From contig JANHCV010000002.1 of the NCBI GenBank assembly GCA_025594325.1, positions 372,001 through 436,000 on the forward strand: 64,000 nt of DNA, written 5' to 3'. Position 1 is the stretch's first letter. Each line of letters opens with the position of its first letter. A model generated the notes under the pieces. That model was not told where the DNA came from and made no database searches. It saw nothing but the letters and a program-made list of their open reading frames with translations. Made by a program: the position numbers and the translations under genes. Shown piece by piece: positions 34,156 through 44,283 of the stretch. The stretch is from Blastocladiella emersonii ATCC 22665. Lineage: Eukaryota > Fungi > Blastocladiomycota.

Positions 34156-35577
34156 CTAGATCTCGAGGTAATCGAGGCCCTCGTCCAGTGAGTCCTCGAA
34201 CAGCGCCTGGTCGAACGCCGAGTCGAACGAGAAATCAGCGAGCGAGCCCTCGAACGCGTCCTGCTGCGAGAACGCCGCCGCGGCCTCGTCCATGAGCTCC
34301 TCGAACGCCCTCACGTCGAGCGCAGGCGAAGCGGTCGGCGAGCACGCCATGGACTCGGCAATGGTGAGCGACGAGAGAACGGGGAGGCACTTGGCGCCAA
34401 ACCGCGCCTTGAACTCGACCTTGGTTGTCAGCGCCGTCGCGCCGTTGATGGCCGCGAGCACCGTCTTGGTGACCGACGCCTGGCCGGCGTCCGAGGCGTT
34501 CCACGTCAGCTGCTGGACCTGCGTCGGGGTGAAGGTCGGGTTGCCGAGCGGCGTCGAGAAGAGCGGCACGCCGTTGAGCGAGACCTTGAGCGATGCGTCG
34601 GTGACCACGCAGCCCGGCTGGTCGAACCCGCCGAGATCGCCCGAGACGTAGACGCGCAGCGCCGAGCTGGTGCCCGAGAGCCACGACTTGACGGACGGCA
34701 GGAGCTTGGTCATGCTGCCGGTGGTGTTGGTGGTCATGGTGATCGAGATGATGCGGTCGACCTGCTTGAGGTCGCGCGTGGCGATAGCGGTGAGGAAGCT
34801 GCTCACGTCACCGCAGTAGGGCTGCAGAGATGACGCGTTTTCGAGAACGCGCCCGAGCTCGGGGACGAGGGCGAGGAAGTCGCGGTACGACGCGTGGGCC
34901 TTGACCTTGGCCGAGGCCGAGCTGGCGGCCATGGTGCGGAACAGCTTCATGATGGCGGTCGCCTTGTCGTAGCTCGCCACCACGTCGGCCGGGATGTTCG
35001 GGCTGCGGATCACCCTCGCCTTGGTGTATACGAAGTCGGCGGCCCACTGGATGAGCCCGACGCCGTCGTCGTCGGACGCGACCTGGTCGAGCGCAGCGCC
35101 GGCGACGGCGTTGTAGGCCGAGCGGTTGAAGAGCTCGTTGGCGAGCAGGTCGATCAGATCCTGCGCAATCGACGCGGAAGCGCGCGAGACCGGCTGGCCA
35201 CTTGCCGCGGCGAGCTCGTGCGGCAGCTGGGCCATCCACTGCGCCATGCTCGTTGGCGCGACACCCCACCCGCGGCCGACGCCCTTGCGCGCGTTGACGC
35301 GGCCGGCCACCTGCAGCGGGATCGAGACAGCCGTGACCGAGTCGTTGGCCCACGCAACCGTGTACGTGATGTTCGAGCCGCCCGTAGCAAACTCAGGGAA
35401 CGCGATGGGCGACGAGAACGGCGGGCATGCGGGGCCGAGCGCCGTCATGCTGCCCTTGAGGCCCACGACGAGCGGGTTCTTGACCACAGGCGCAGCAGCA
35501 GCGGCGCCCACGGCCTGCTGTGCCGCGGTACCCAGCAGCGCCGCAAGAGCGAGGAGCAAGATGATCGGCTGGTTCAT
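34156..35577 (-). CDS. Orphan secreted protein (473 aa), the intact member of the tandem family (copy B)
   Basis: Signal-peptide-like MNQPIILLLALAALLGTAA, uninterrupted ORF with GC3 bias, acidic tail DFSFDSAFDQALFEDSLDEGLDYLEI. No family recognised. Confidence 0.8.
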   Translation of the reverse strand: MNQPIILLLALAALLGTAAQQAVGAAAAAPVVKNPLVVGLKGSMTALGPACPPFSSPIAFPEFATGGSNITYTVAWANDSVTAVSIPLQVAGRVNARKGVGRGWGVAPTSMAQWMAQLPHELAAASGQPVSRASASIAQDLIDLLANELFNRSAYNAVAGAALDQVASDDDGVGLIQWAADFVYTKARVIRSPNIPADVVASYDKATAIMKLFRTMAASSASAKVKAHASYRDFLALVPELGRVLENASSLQPYCGDVSSFLTAIATRDLKQVDRIISITMTTNTTGSMTKLLPSVKSWLSGTSSALRVYVSGDLGGFDQPGCVVTDASLKVSLNGVPLFSTPLGNPTFTPTQVQQLTWNASDAGQASVTKTVLAAINGATALTTKVEFKARFGAKCLPVLSSLTIAESMACSPTASPALDVRAFEELMDEAAAAFSQQDAFEGSLADFSFDSAFDQALFEDSLDEGLDYLEI

Positions 35578-35586
35578 GGCGGGCAG

Positions 35587-36386
35587 CTACACGAGATGCG
35601 TGCCCTCCTGCGAGAACGCCACAAACGCGTCGTCCATGAGCTGCTCGAACACGTCTGCGTGGATCGACGCGGACTTGGTAGTCGGCGAACACGCCGTCGA
35701 CTCGGAGATAGTGAGCGACGAGAGCACGGGCAGGCACTTGGCAGCGAAGCGGGCGCTGAACTCGACCTTGGTCGTCAGCGCCGTCGCGCCATTGATGGCC
35801 GCGAGCGCCGTCTTGGTGACCGACGCCTGGCCGGCGTCCGAGGCGGTCCACGTCAGCTGCTGGACCTGCGTCGGGGTGAAGGTCGGGTTGCCGAGCGGCG
35901 CAGTGAAGAGCGGGACGTTGTTGAGCCAAAGTTTGAGCGTCGCGTTGGTGATGGCGCAGCCCGACAGGTCGAACCCGGTCGTGTCGGCGGCGACGTAGAC
36001 GCGGAACGCCGAGTCGGCACCGGCGAGCCACGACTTGACGGAGGGAAGGAGCTTAGTCAGGCCGGCGGTGGTGTTGGTGGTCATGGAGATGGTGATGATG
36101 CGGTCGGCCTGCTTGAGACTGCGTAGCGCGAACGAGTTCACGACGTGTCGTTCGCCCACGCGACCGTGCACGTGACGATGGACGCGTTCGTGGCAAACTC
36201 GGGGAATAGCGTTGGCGACGTGGTGGCGGGACACGCCGCGCCGAACGAGCCCACGTTGCCCTTAATGCCCACAACGACCGGGCTCTTGCACTGCACCGTA
36301 GTGGTGACAACAGCGCCCACAGTCGGCAGCGTCGCGGTGCCGAGCAGGGCCACGAGCGCGAGGAGTAGCACAATGGGTCGGTTCAT
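35587..36386 (-). pseudogene. Orphan secreted-protein family, copy A (internal deletion with frameshift, tail missing)
   Basis: Signal peptide MNRPIVLLLALVALLG...TVAWAND, then a frameshifted jump near 36145 to LKQADRIITISMTT, skipping roughly 180 codons of copy B. Ends at FSQEG, joined directly to the upstream sequence of copy B. Confidence 0.78.
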
Positions 36387-37027
36387 GGTGGGCAGCTACA
36401 TGAGAGAGCGAGAGCGTGGGTTAGACGCGAGCCGTTTGGAATGGAGGTTGAGACAAACCAGCGAGGTGGGTCCCGATCAGTGCGGGTGGTCACGAACACG
36501 AGGAGTGAATGGGCGAAGAGGGAGCTCACGCATCGATCGCAACGCGACTGTTGATCTGCCGATATTTCTCGCTTCGACTCTGTGGTCTTCTGTTCGTGTC
36601 AGGCGCGTCACTATGAGCAACGCGTCTCGTTCTTTCGCACGTGGGGCGTGGGATAAGTGGGGCGCGGGAGAGATCACTGAGGTGTCCGCAGACGCGCGAC
36701 ACGACACGGCTCAGGTCGATTGCGCTTGATCTCGAAATGCAGATTCGCGCCAGTCTGCTCCTGCGGCGTTCGCGAGTGGGAGACAACGTTCGCAGTTCTG
36801 GCGCCACGGTGGTTGGCGTGCTCGCTGTGCTCGCGCCGCGACGTCGACGTGGTGCGAGACGCGTTGCGAGACGCGTTGCGCCCGTCCCGTGGGTGGTCCC
36901 GTGGGCGCGAGACACGCCGCGGCTGAGTCAACCGACTTCCCAGCGGCCTCTCGAGCCGCCAACCCCCCTCGCTCCCCGCAACCCCATGTTTGCGCCCGCG
37001 ACGGAGCCCATGTAAACGCGCGACCCC

Positions 37028-39721
37028 ATGCAACGTCCGGCCGAGCCCTCCAGCAGTAGCACCACCAGCAGCAGCAGTCGCGACCGCCCGTTCCCATCCT
37101 TCCCGCCGCTATCGCCGTCCGCCGTGACCGAGCTCCCGCTGTCCCCACCGCTCAGCCCGGCCTTTGCCTCGCTCGCCGCCTGTGTCCCGCCCGCGCCGCT
37201 CCCCTTTGCCCCGACTGCTGCCGTCATCCCGTCGGCGCACGGCCCGATCCCCGTCAGCGACCCCGCCGCTTACGACGCCGCCGCCACCTACTCGATCGTC
37301 CTCGAGGTCTTCACCAACCAGGTCGCCACCAACCCGCACCAGTTCCCGCCGCTGCCAAACGTCGACCTGTTTGCGCCCGGCCCGCCGCCGACCGGGTCCT
37401 TTGCGTTTTTCTCGGCCCCTGCCTCGGCGACTGCGTCCGACAGCGACGACGACGAGGAAGAGGACCGTGACTACGACCCGCGCAGCGACGCGCGCTTCTG
37501 CACTTTGGTCGTCGAGTCCTACGTCATGGTCGAGCGACCCGCCACCAAACCGGCGCCCAGCAGCGCGCGCAGGAACAGCACCGCCTCGGCGGCTGCCGCT
37601 GCGGCCGAAGCCGCCATGGTAGCCGCCGCTGACCTCCCGCCGTCCGGCGACGCGTCGTCGCTCCTGTTCCCGCCGCTGCTATTTGCCTCGGACAGCGGCG
37701 ACGGGTCGCCCTCGGCCGCCTCGTCGTCGCGCACTTCCGCGAGGAGAAGCCGGCAGCGCTCGGGCTCGCGCGACCCGCCGTCGCGCAAACACGCCGACGC
37801 GCGGCGCCAGGCGAAACGCGACGCGTCACCGACCCCGCGCGCGCGGTTCGAGGCGACGCACGAGGGTACCGCGCACATCTCGTGCGGCATCCTGCACCTG
37901 TACCGCCACGTCCCGACCTCGTCGACCGAGTCCGCCACCTCCCCAAGCTCCGCCACCGCCGCCACGGCACCCACCACCATCCACACGGCGTCGTCGCACC
38001 TTCTCGCGCTGCTCGGCGTCCCGCTGTACTTTTCGACCGGCGACCTGATCACCTGGCTCGGGCCCTACGCCGACCACGTGTCGCACCTGCGCATGGTGCG
38101 CGACCACCTGCCGCACCGCTACCTCGTGCTGCTCCGCTTCCGCGACGGGAACCAGGCCCGCGCGTTCTTCGCCGAGCGCAACGGCCGCGCCTTCTCGGCG
38201 TTCGAGCCGCAGCTCGCCGTCGTCGTCAAGGTCACCTCGCTCACGTTCGCCGCGCGGTCCATGCCGCCGTTCGCGTTCCCGCACGACGTGCTTCTGCTCG
38301 ACCCCGCGGGCACCACGTCGGCGGCGGCCGTCGCGTCCGCCGACGCCCAGCAGCAGCAGCAGCCGGCGGCGGCGGACCTCTCGCGCCCGCTCTCGGGCCA
38401 CGAGCCTGGCTCGATTGTGGGGATCGCGTCGGACGTCGACCTGCACGAGCTCCCAACGTGCCCGCTGTGCCTCGAGCGCATGGACGCGGGGACCTCGGGT
38501 ATCCTGACGATCCTGTGCCAACACTCGTTCCACTGCGGGTGCCTGCGCCGCTGGGACGACGAGACGTGTCCCGTGTGCCGATACACGCAGCCGCGGCAGG
38601 CCGCGCGGGATCACCTCAGGCATCCGCCGCCGAGTACGCCGCCGCCCGTTCCCGCAAGCGGGGCAAGAGCGAAGCGGCGGGATACACGGTCCGCGGCTGC
38701 GGCGGCGATGAGTACCGCGCTGCTCCCTCTTTCGTCCTCTTCCTCGTCGTCGTCATCGTCAAGCGACTCAGAAAGCATCAGCCCCGCCCCGCCGCGCCGC
38801 CGCGCGACCTCGGACATCGACTTTGGCGAGACCGACGACTCGGAGACCGAGACCCCGGGCCCGGCGACCGCGTGCCGGACGTGCGGCAGCGCGCACCAGC
38901 TGTGGGTGTGCCTGATCTGCGGCGACGTTGGGTGCGGCCGGTACACGGCGGGCCACGCGCACGACCACTACGCGGCCACCCGCCACGCCTTCGCCCTCGA
39001 GCTCGACACCCAGCGCGTCTGGGACTACGCACGCGACACGTACGTCCACCGCCTCGTGCAGGCGGGGCCCGACGGGAAACTTGTCGAGGTCGCGCCGCCG
39101 CCCGCGTCAGCTGCGGCGCCGGTGCTCGCGGGGCTCGGGCTGGGTGGTGGTGCAGGATCGAGCGCGTCGGTAGCAGCCGTCGCTGGTGCGGCTGCATCGA
39201 GCTCGGGCGGGCCCATGGGCGCGCCGCCGCCCGGCTACGTCCTGATCGCCGAGGCCGACGTGCAGCGCATCAACAAGGAGTACGCGTGGCTGCTGCAGTC
39301 GCAGGTCGACGCGCACCGCCAAGTCCTCGACTCGCAGATCACGCGGCTGTCGGCGTGGGCCGACTCGGTCCGCACCGACGCGCGCGACGCGCTCCGCCGG
39401 GCCGCCCGCGCCGAAGCTTCGGCTGCCGCGGCCCAGGCCGCCCTGCGCGAGGAGCAGCAGGTCTCGTCCGCGCTTCTCCGCGCGAACCGCGAGCTCAAGG
39501 ACCGCGACGCGGCGCGCGACGCCGAAATCGCCGAGCTCCAGGAACAGGTCCGTGACCTCATGATGTTTCTCGAGACGCGGGAGAAGATCGAGCGCGCGCC
39601 TGAGAAGGTGCAGCGCGAGCTCGCGGAGGCGTCGGCCGTCGTGCAGCCGGGTACGGGTGCCGGGAGCGGGGCGGGCGGCGGCGCGGCTAAGGGGAAGCGG
39701 AAGGGTAAGGGCCGGCGGTGA
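37028..39721 (+). CDS. BRAP: BRAP2/IMP / ETP1-type E3 ubiquitin ligase (RRM-like, RING, ZnF-UBP, coiled coil)
   Basis: HLRMVRD.LPHRYLVLLRF...FNGRAFSAFEP; RING ELPTCPLCLERMD...CQHSFHCGCL..W...CPVCRY; ZnF-UBP LWVCLICGDVGCGRY..GHA.DHY...HAFALELDTQRVWDY; LQEQVRDLMMFLE. Confidence 0.95.
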   Translation: MQRPAEPSSSSTTSSSSRDRPFPSFPPLSPSAVTELPLSPPLSPAFASLAACVPPAPLPFAPTAAVIPSAHGPIPVSDPAAYDAAATYSIVLEVFTNQVATNPHQFPPLPNVDLFAPGPPPTGSFAFFSAPASATASDSDDDEEEDRDYDPRSDARFCTLVVESYVMVERPATKPAPSSARRNSTASAAAAAAEAAMVAAADLPPSGDASSLLFPPLLFASDSGDGSPSAASSSRTSARRSRQRSGSRDPPSRKHADARRQAKRDASPTPRARFEATHEGTAHISCGILHLYRHVPTSSTESATSPSSATAATAPTTIHTASSHLLALLGVPLYFSTGDLITWLGPYADHVSHLRMVRDHLPHRYLVLLRFRDGNQARAFFAERNGRAFSAFEPQLAVVVKVTSLTFAARSMPPFAFPHDVLLLDPAGTTSAAAVASADAQQQQQPAAADLSRPLSGHEPGSIVGIASDVDLHELPTCPLCLERMDAGTSGILTILCQHSFHCGCLRRWDDETCPVCRYTQPRQAARDHLRHPPPSTPPPVPASGARAKRRDTRSAAAAAMSTALLPLSSSSSSSSSSSDSESISPAPPRRRATSDIDFGETDDSETETPGPATACRTCGSAHQLWVCLICGDVGCGRYTAGHAHDHYAATRHAFALELDTQRVWDYARDTYVHRLVQAGPDGKLVEVAPPPASAAAPVLAGLGLGGGAGSSASVAAVAGAAASSSGGPMGAPPPGYVLIAEADVQRINKEYAWLLQSQVDAHRQVLDSQITRLSAWADSVRTDARDALRRAARAEASAAAAQAALREEQQVSSALLRANRELKDRDAARDAEIAELQEQVRDLMMFLETREKIERAPEKVQRELAEASAVVQPGTGAGSGAGGGAAKGKRKGKGRR

Positions 39722-40693
39722 TGGGTTGACGACGACATGTACATATTTTTCGTGGGTTTCTTGGTTACCGAGGCTTCCGCGCAACCAGCGGACTGTGCGG
39801 GTCGCGTGGTGAGCGAGCGCGATGGTCATCGGCGGCCGGAGCGGCTGGGGTGCCTGCGTGAACGCGTTGCGGCCGACGAACTCGCTGTCGCTCCCTACCA
39901 TGAATCGCACCACCACCCGATAGAGGGCCAACTCGCCGCAATGTATTCCCATGAACGACTTGATCGCCCCGCGTCGCTGAAGACCGGTTCGAGCGACTGT
40001 TAGCTTGGTGGCGTGAGCAACTGAGCCCGTGTCGCGACCTCCATCTTGGCCGCATGTCGCTTCGCGCATAAGCTCTCAGCCAAGTTCCAGTGCTGCGCAT
40101 CGTCTCATCGCTTCACACCAGAGCAAAGGCTCGATCAATAGATCCAAGCGCTACTGTACTGCGCGCATTACTTGCAACCGGATCTTGTTCGTACGCCTCC
40201 AGCTCACTTGTCCAGTCCGTCCCGAGCCGTGTGCGACCGATGCCCAGCGACTTGGTTCCGAACAGCAAGCACAAGTTCGTGCGCTCTCGCGCGGGTTCAG
40301 CTCGTTTTCCGTCCTGCGGTCGCCGCGTTGCCCATGCCCGACTGCGCCATACGCCCGTCCGACTCAGCACAACCATTCAAATCTCGCTCCTAGGTCTCAC
40401 ATTCGCAGCTTCTTTCCTTCGTGACGTTCCGAGTCTCGCTATCTCGCTCGCACCGCGCACTTGGGCCGCACTCGCGCGGGCGCCGTGAAAAGAGCGCGCC
40501 GCTCGCACGGGTGCGGCCCTCGGTTCAATCGTGGCGGAGCGCTGGGCGAGGTTCGGAAGTTGGCGGTGGTCTTGACCTAGAACGCTTTATCGAAAGTTGG
40601 TCTGTCTTGTGCGCGCGTTTGATTCGCGTTGGTCTGTTCGGTCTCTGGCATAACTCTCACAAGTAATCGATGGTTTCCTTGCACCTCAAGTGT

Positions 40694-40710
40694 GACGCGT
40701 CTTGTTTCAG
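40694..40710 (-). other. Third, near-exact copy of the CTGAAACACGACGCGTC element
   Basis: Plus strand GACGCGTCTTGTTTCAG: 16 of 17 match to the reverse complement of the 3180/5744 element. Confidence 0.4.
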
Positions 40711-41957
40711 GTCGGTCGCGTTGCGCCACACATCCTTTTGGGCACCGCGTCGCGATCGACAGCACATCAACCACTCGTGGCGCCGGTGAGCGGTAGGTCT
40801 GTCTTTCACACAATCGCCTCGTCTACTACAGCACGTCGCGGAGCTTGCGCGAACTCGTACAATGTGAGTGTCAGACTTGGTGCTCAAGGGCGCACTCCGC
40901 GTTGCGCGAGCCGAAAGTTCGCAGGATTCCCAACGAAAGCGGTTCACCGATTCCATCAGATTTGAGCCTTTTGTTCTCGACCTGAGCATTCGCGGCTGAA
41001 ACAATACGGGTTCACGACCAAGGCCACTCGTCTACCACTGCATTCATGCGCGTGCTGTGCCGCGCCGCTTGGCGCGAGCGTTGTCGGCCCCCTCTTTGCA
41101 AAACACGTTCGAACGCAAGCTCACATTCTGGGTGAATGCGTAAGTGCTTGTCGAACTTGCATGCTTCTCGACTATGGAGTGAGCTGAGAATGCCGCTGGA
41201 AATAGGCGTGCGCTTTTACAGCTCCCGTTGTGTATAATCTTGCGAGCATCTTACGCCAACGTCGCCTCATGTAGCGCAAGCATCCTGCTCGGCCGCGTCG
41301 CGGCCAACAAAGCGGCCTCTCGGTATCGCACATTCATTCAGTACAGCTAAGATCTTAGGCCCGCTCGCCCTTTTCGCACTACCGCGCTGAGCCGGGACGG
41401 CTGCCCGTCAAGTTCATCGCGACCGAGCCTCACACTCCTGCCTTCGTCTCGCTGCCGTGTTGTGATTCTCGCCGATCCTCCTGTACTGCGCGGATGGGCC
41501 GTGCCCGTGCGAGCGCCGTGAAAAAGCCGCGGCGCCCGCCCGAGTGCGGCCCTTTGATTGCATCGTGCTTCCTCGTGGTGCGGGAGGACGACAGCGCGAG
41601 AATCGGCCGCAGCAATGGCCAGCCGGTCGTGGGGCTGATGGGCGGTGTGATGGCCCGATCTTGAGTTGAATATACGTGTTGCTCAGTTGTGACTTGAGCT
41701 CGTTACGGAACAGCGATCAGCTGTGAGACTAAGCCATGATTCGTTGTCGAGCGAGGCCACGTCCAGCGACAGCTTTTTGAAGCGTACTCGCGTGGAGCTG
41801 GACGCGACGCGCCACACCGTTCGCGTCGCTCATCGCACTTAACTTCGCCCACAAAGCCGAGACGTCACGATGTAGAAAAAGGGTGGTGATACATTTCAAA
41901 CAAAAACAGACGCAAACACGGCACGACTGCTCATGACACTCGCCGACAACGAAAAGC

Positions 41958-44283
41958 TTAGACGGGGTGCAGCGAGAAGAAGTTGGAGATGCTGGCGAGG
42001 ACCGACGACGCCGCCGCCATGTTGGCCGCCTCGGCCGTGACGTTGGCCGTGACCGCCGCCGTGGCCGCGGCCTCGACGGGCGCCGAGCGCGGGCCGAACC
42101 ACTCGCCCTCGTACTCGAGATCGTCCTCGTCGTCCGACTCGCGCTCGACGGGCATGCTCATGCGGTTGTTCCAGCCGGTCTGGCCGGGCTTCTGGCCCGG
42201 CTTCTTGCGACCCGAGCGCGAGCCCGAAGCGACCTCGGTCTTGGCCTCCGTCTCGACGGGGCCGGCGGCGGCGGCGACGGGAGCGGGCGCCTCGGTCTCG
42301 GTCTCGACGGCGTCAGGTGCAGCGGCGGGAGCAGCAGCCGGCATGGTCGGCGGAGCGCCGCAGTGCCAGCACGAGGGCGCGTCGGACGAGACGCTGCGGT
42401 AGCCGTGGTAGTCGCCGAACGAGGGCGCGGAACCGGCAGCCCAGTGACCGCCGCGCGCACCGTGGTAGTCGCCGAACGAGGGCGCGGAACCGGCAGCCCA
42501 GTGACCACCGCGATAGCCATGGTAGTCGCCGAACGAGGGCGCGGAACCGGCAGCCCAGTGACCACCGCGCGCACCGTGGTAGTCGCCAAACGACGGCGCG
42601 GAGCCGGCAGCCCAGTGACCGCCGCGGTAGCCGTGGTAGTCGCCGAACGACGGCGCGGAGCCGGCAGCCCAGTGACCGCCGCGCGCGTAGGGGTCCACGA
42701 AGTCGGGGCCGTTGGGGTAGTCGGCCTTGGTGTAGCCGCCGTAGTTGATGGGCGGGTGCGGCTGGAAGTCGCCCTCCTCGTAGTACTGGCCGGCGTGGCT
42801 GCGGTGGCCGGCGCTGCGTGCGCCGTAGAACCACCACTCGGGGTACGTCGGGTCCGAGCCGCGGGCGCCGTCCTTGGGAGCAGCCGAGCCCGACGCGTCC
42901 TTGGCCTCGGCGGGAGCGGAAGCGGCGGCGGCGGGCTCAGCAGCCTCGGCGGCCTTGGCGGCGGCGGGCGCGGCAGCGCGGAACCACATGGGGCCGGGCG
43001 GCGGCACGTCGCCGGGGTACCAGCCGGCGCCACTGCGCGCGTAGCCCGACGGCCAGCAGCCCTCGCCGAACTCGACGCCGGGGAAGCCGCGCGGGCGCAT
43101 CGGGTACCAGCTGTTGACGCCGCCGCACATGTCGGGCGCGGGCCCGCCGTACGCGTGGTTCATGTTGGCGGGGTTCGGGAACAGGTACGGGTACCCGTAC
43201 CACGGCGCGAAGATGCGGCCCCACGGCATGCCCGGCCCGGCGGGCCCCGCAGCAGCGTCGTCGACCGACTCGTCGGGGTTGCCGGCGCTGTTGCCGTTGG
43301 TCTCGGGCTCGCCGTTCTCGGCCTCGCCGTCGCCGGCAGGGGCGGCGGCGTCCTGGTTCTGCTCCTCGGCCGAGGCGAACGGGTTGACGTTGGACGCGAA
43401 CTGGACGCCCTTGGACGCGTCGGCAAAGGTGCCGATGGGCGCGAACATGGGCATCTTGAGGGCTATTCGGGTGGGGGAGGGATCGAGTGGAGGTGAGTGA
43501 TCGGGTCGTTCGCGTGGGTGAGCGAGAACCGAAAAACGAGCGCACCCTCGAGCATGTTGGACGAGAGGACGGGCTTCTGGGTGCGCATGTTGTCGTACTC
43601 GTCGATGAGCGGGACGGCGTCGATCCACGAGATGCCGGGCTTCTCCTGGAGGACGCGCAGGATCGCGGCCGTGAAGCACCCGCCGGTGGTGAATCCCATG
43701 GACTCCTGCGAGTCGAGCGCGGCCGACAGCGCCACGACCTCGGCCTTGATGTCCTGGGTGTTGTTCTCGAGGTCGACCATGGTGCCCGAGTGGCAGCAGT
43801 CGAAAACTACGACCATGCGGCAGCCCGCCGGCAGCTGGGCGAGGAGCACGCGGATCTCGTCGTCGAGCACCATGCCGTCAGCGCACACGAGGAACTCGTC
43901 GAGCCCGTCACCGTTGGCCTCGTCGCCCGACGTGTCCTTGGTCTGGCCGCCGTGGCCCGCGTACGAGAAGAGCAGCGTGTCGCCGGGCCGCGCGCCGCTG
44001 ACCATGCTCGTCAGCGCGTCGAGGATGTTCTTGCGCGTGATGGCCTTGTTCTTGTCCGTGTACACGAAGACGTTCGGGATGCCCATCATGCGCGCGATCT
44101 TGGCCATGTTGTTGGCGTCGACGTCGCAGCCTAGATGCGGGTCGTACGAGGAGAGTGAGCGACAGGTCGGTCGGCGGGTCGCGTGGCGGGCAGCGTCGCG
44201 AGCGGCGCGAGCGTACCGGGGATCGGGTTGGCGCCCTGGCCCGTCGGGTACGAGAGCCCGAAGCAGTGCGCGACACTCGGCAT
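41958..44283 (-). CDS. Metacaspase with a long C-terminal low-complexity / repeat extension (3 exons)
   Basis: ATG at 44283; introns 44131-44216 and 43463-43545. Spliced product MPSVAHCFGLSY...IPGCDVDANN...LFSYAGHGGQ...VFDCCHSG...GGCFTAAIL...NMLEALKMPMF...FFSLHPV*, with the His-Cys dyad intact. Confidence 0.9.
42396..42680 (-). repeat. Coding tandem repeat, 5 x 57 bp, encoding GGHWAAGSAPSFGDYHG[Y/A]R
   Basis: Five consecutive 19-aa units with Y/A alternating Y,A,Y,A,Y. Confidence 0.95.

Noticed and set aside
30751-41815. Shared 15-mer GACGCGACGCGCCAC downstream of two unrelated genes (30751-30765 and 41801-41815)
   Set aside because: Low-complexity GC-rich word with little flanking similarity; plausible by chance.
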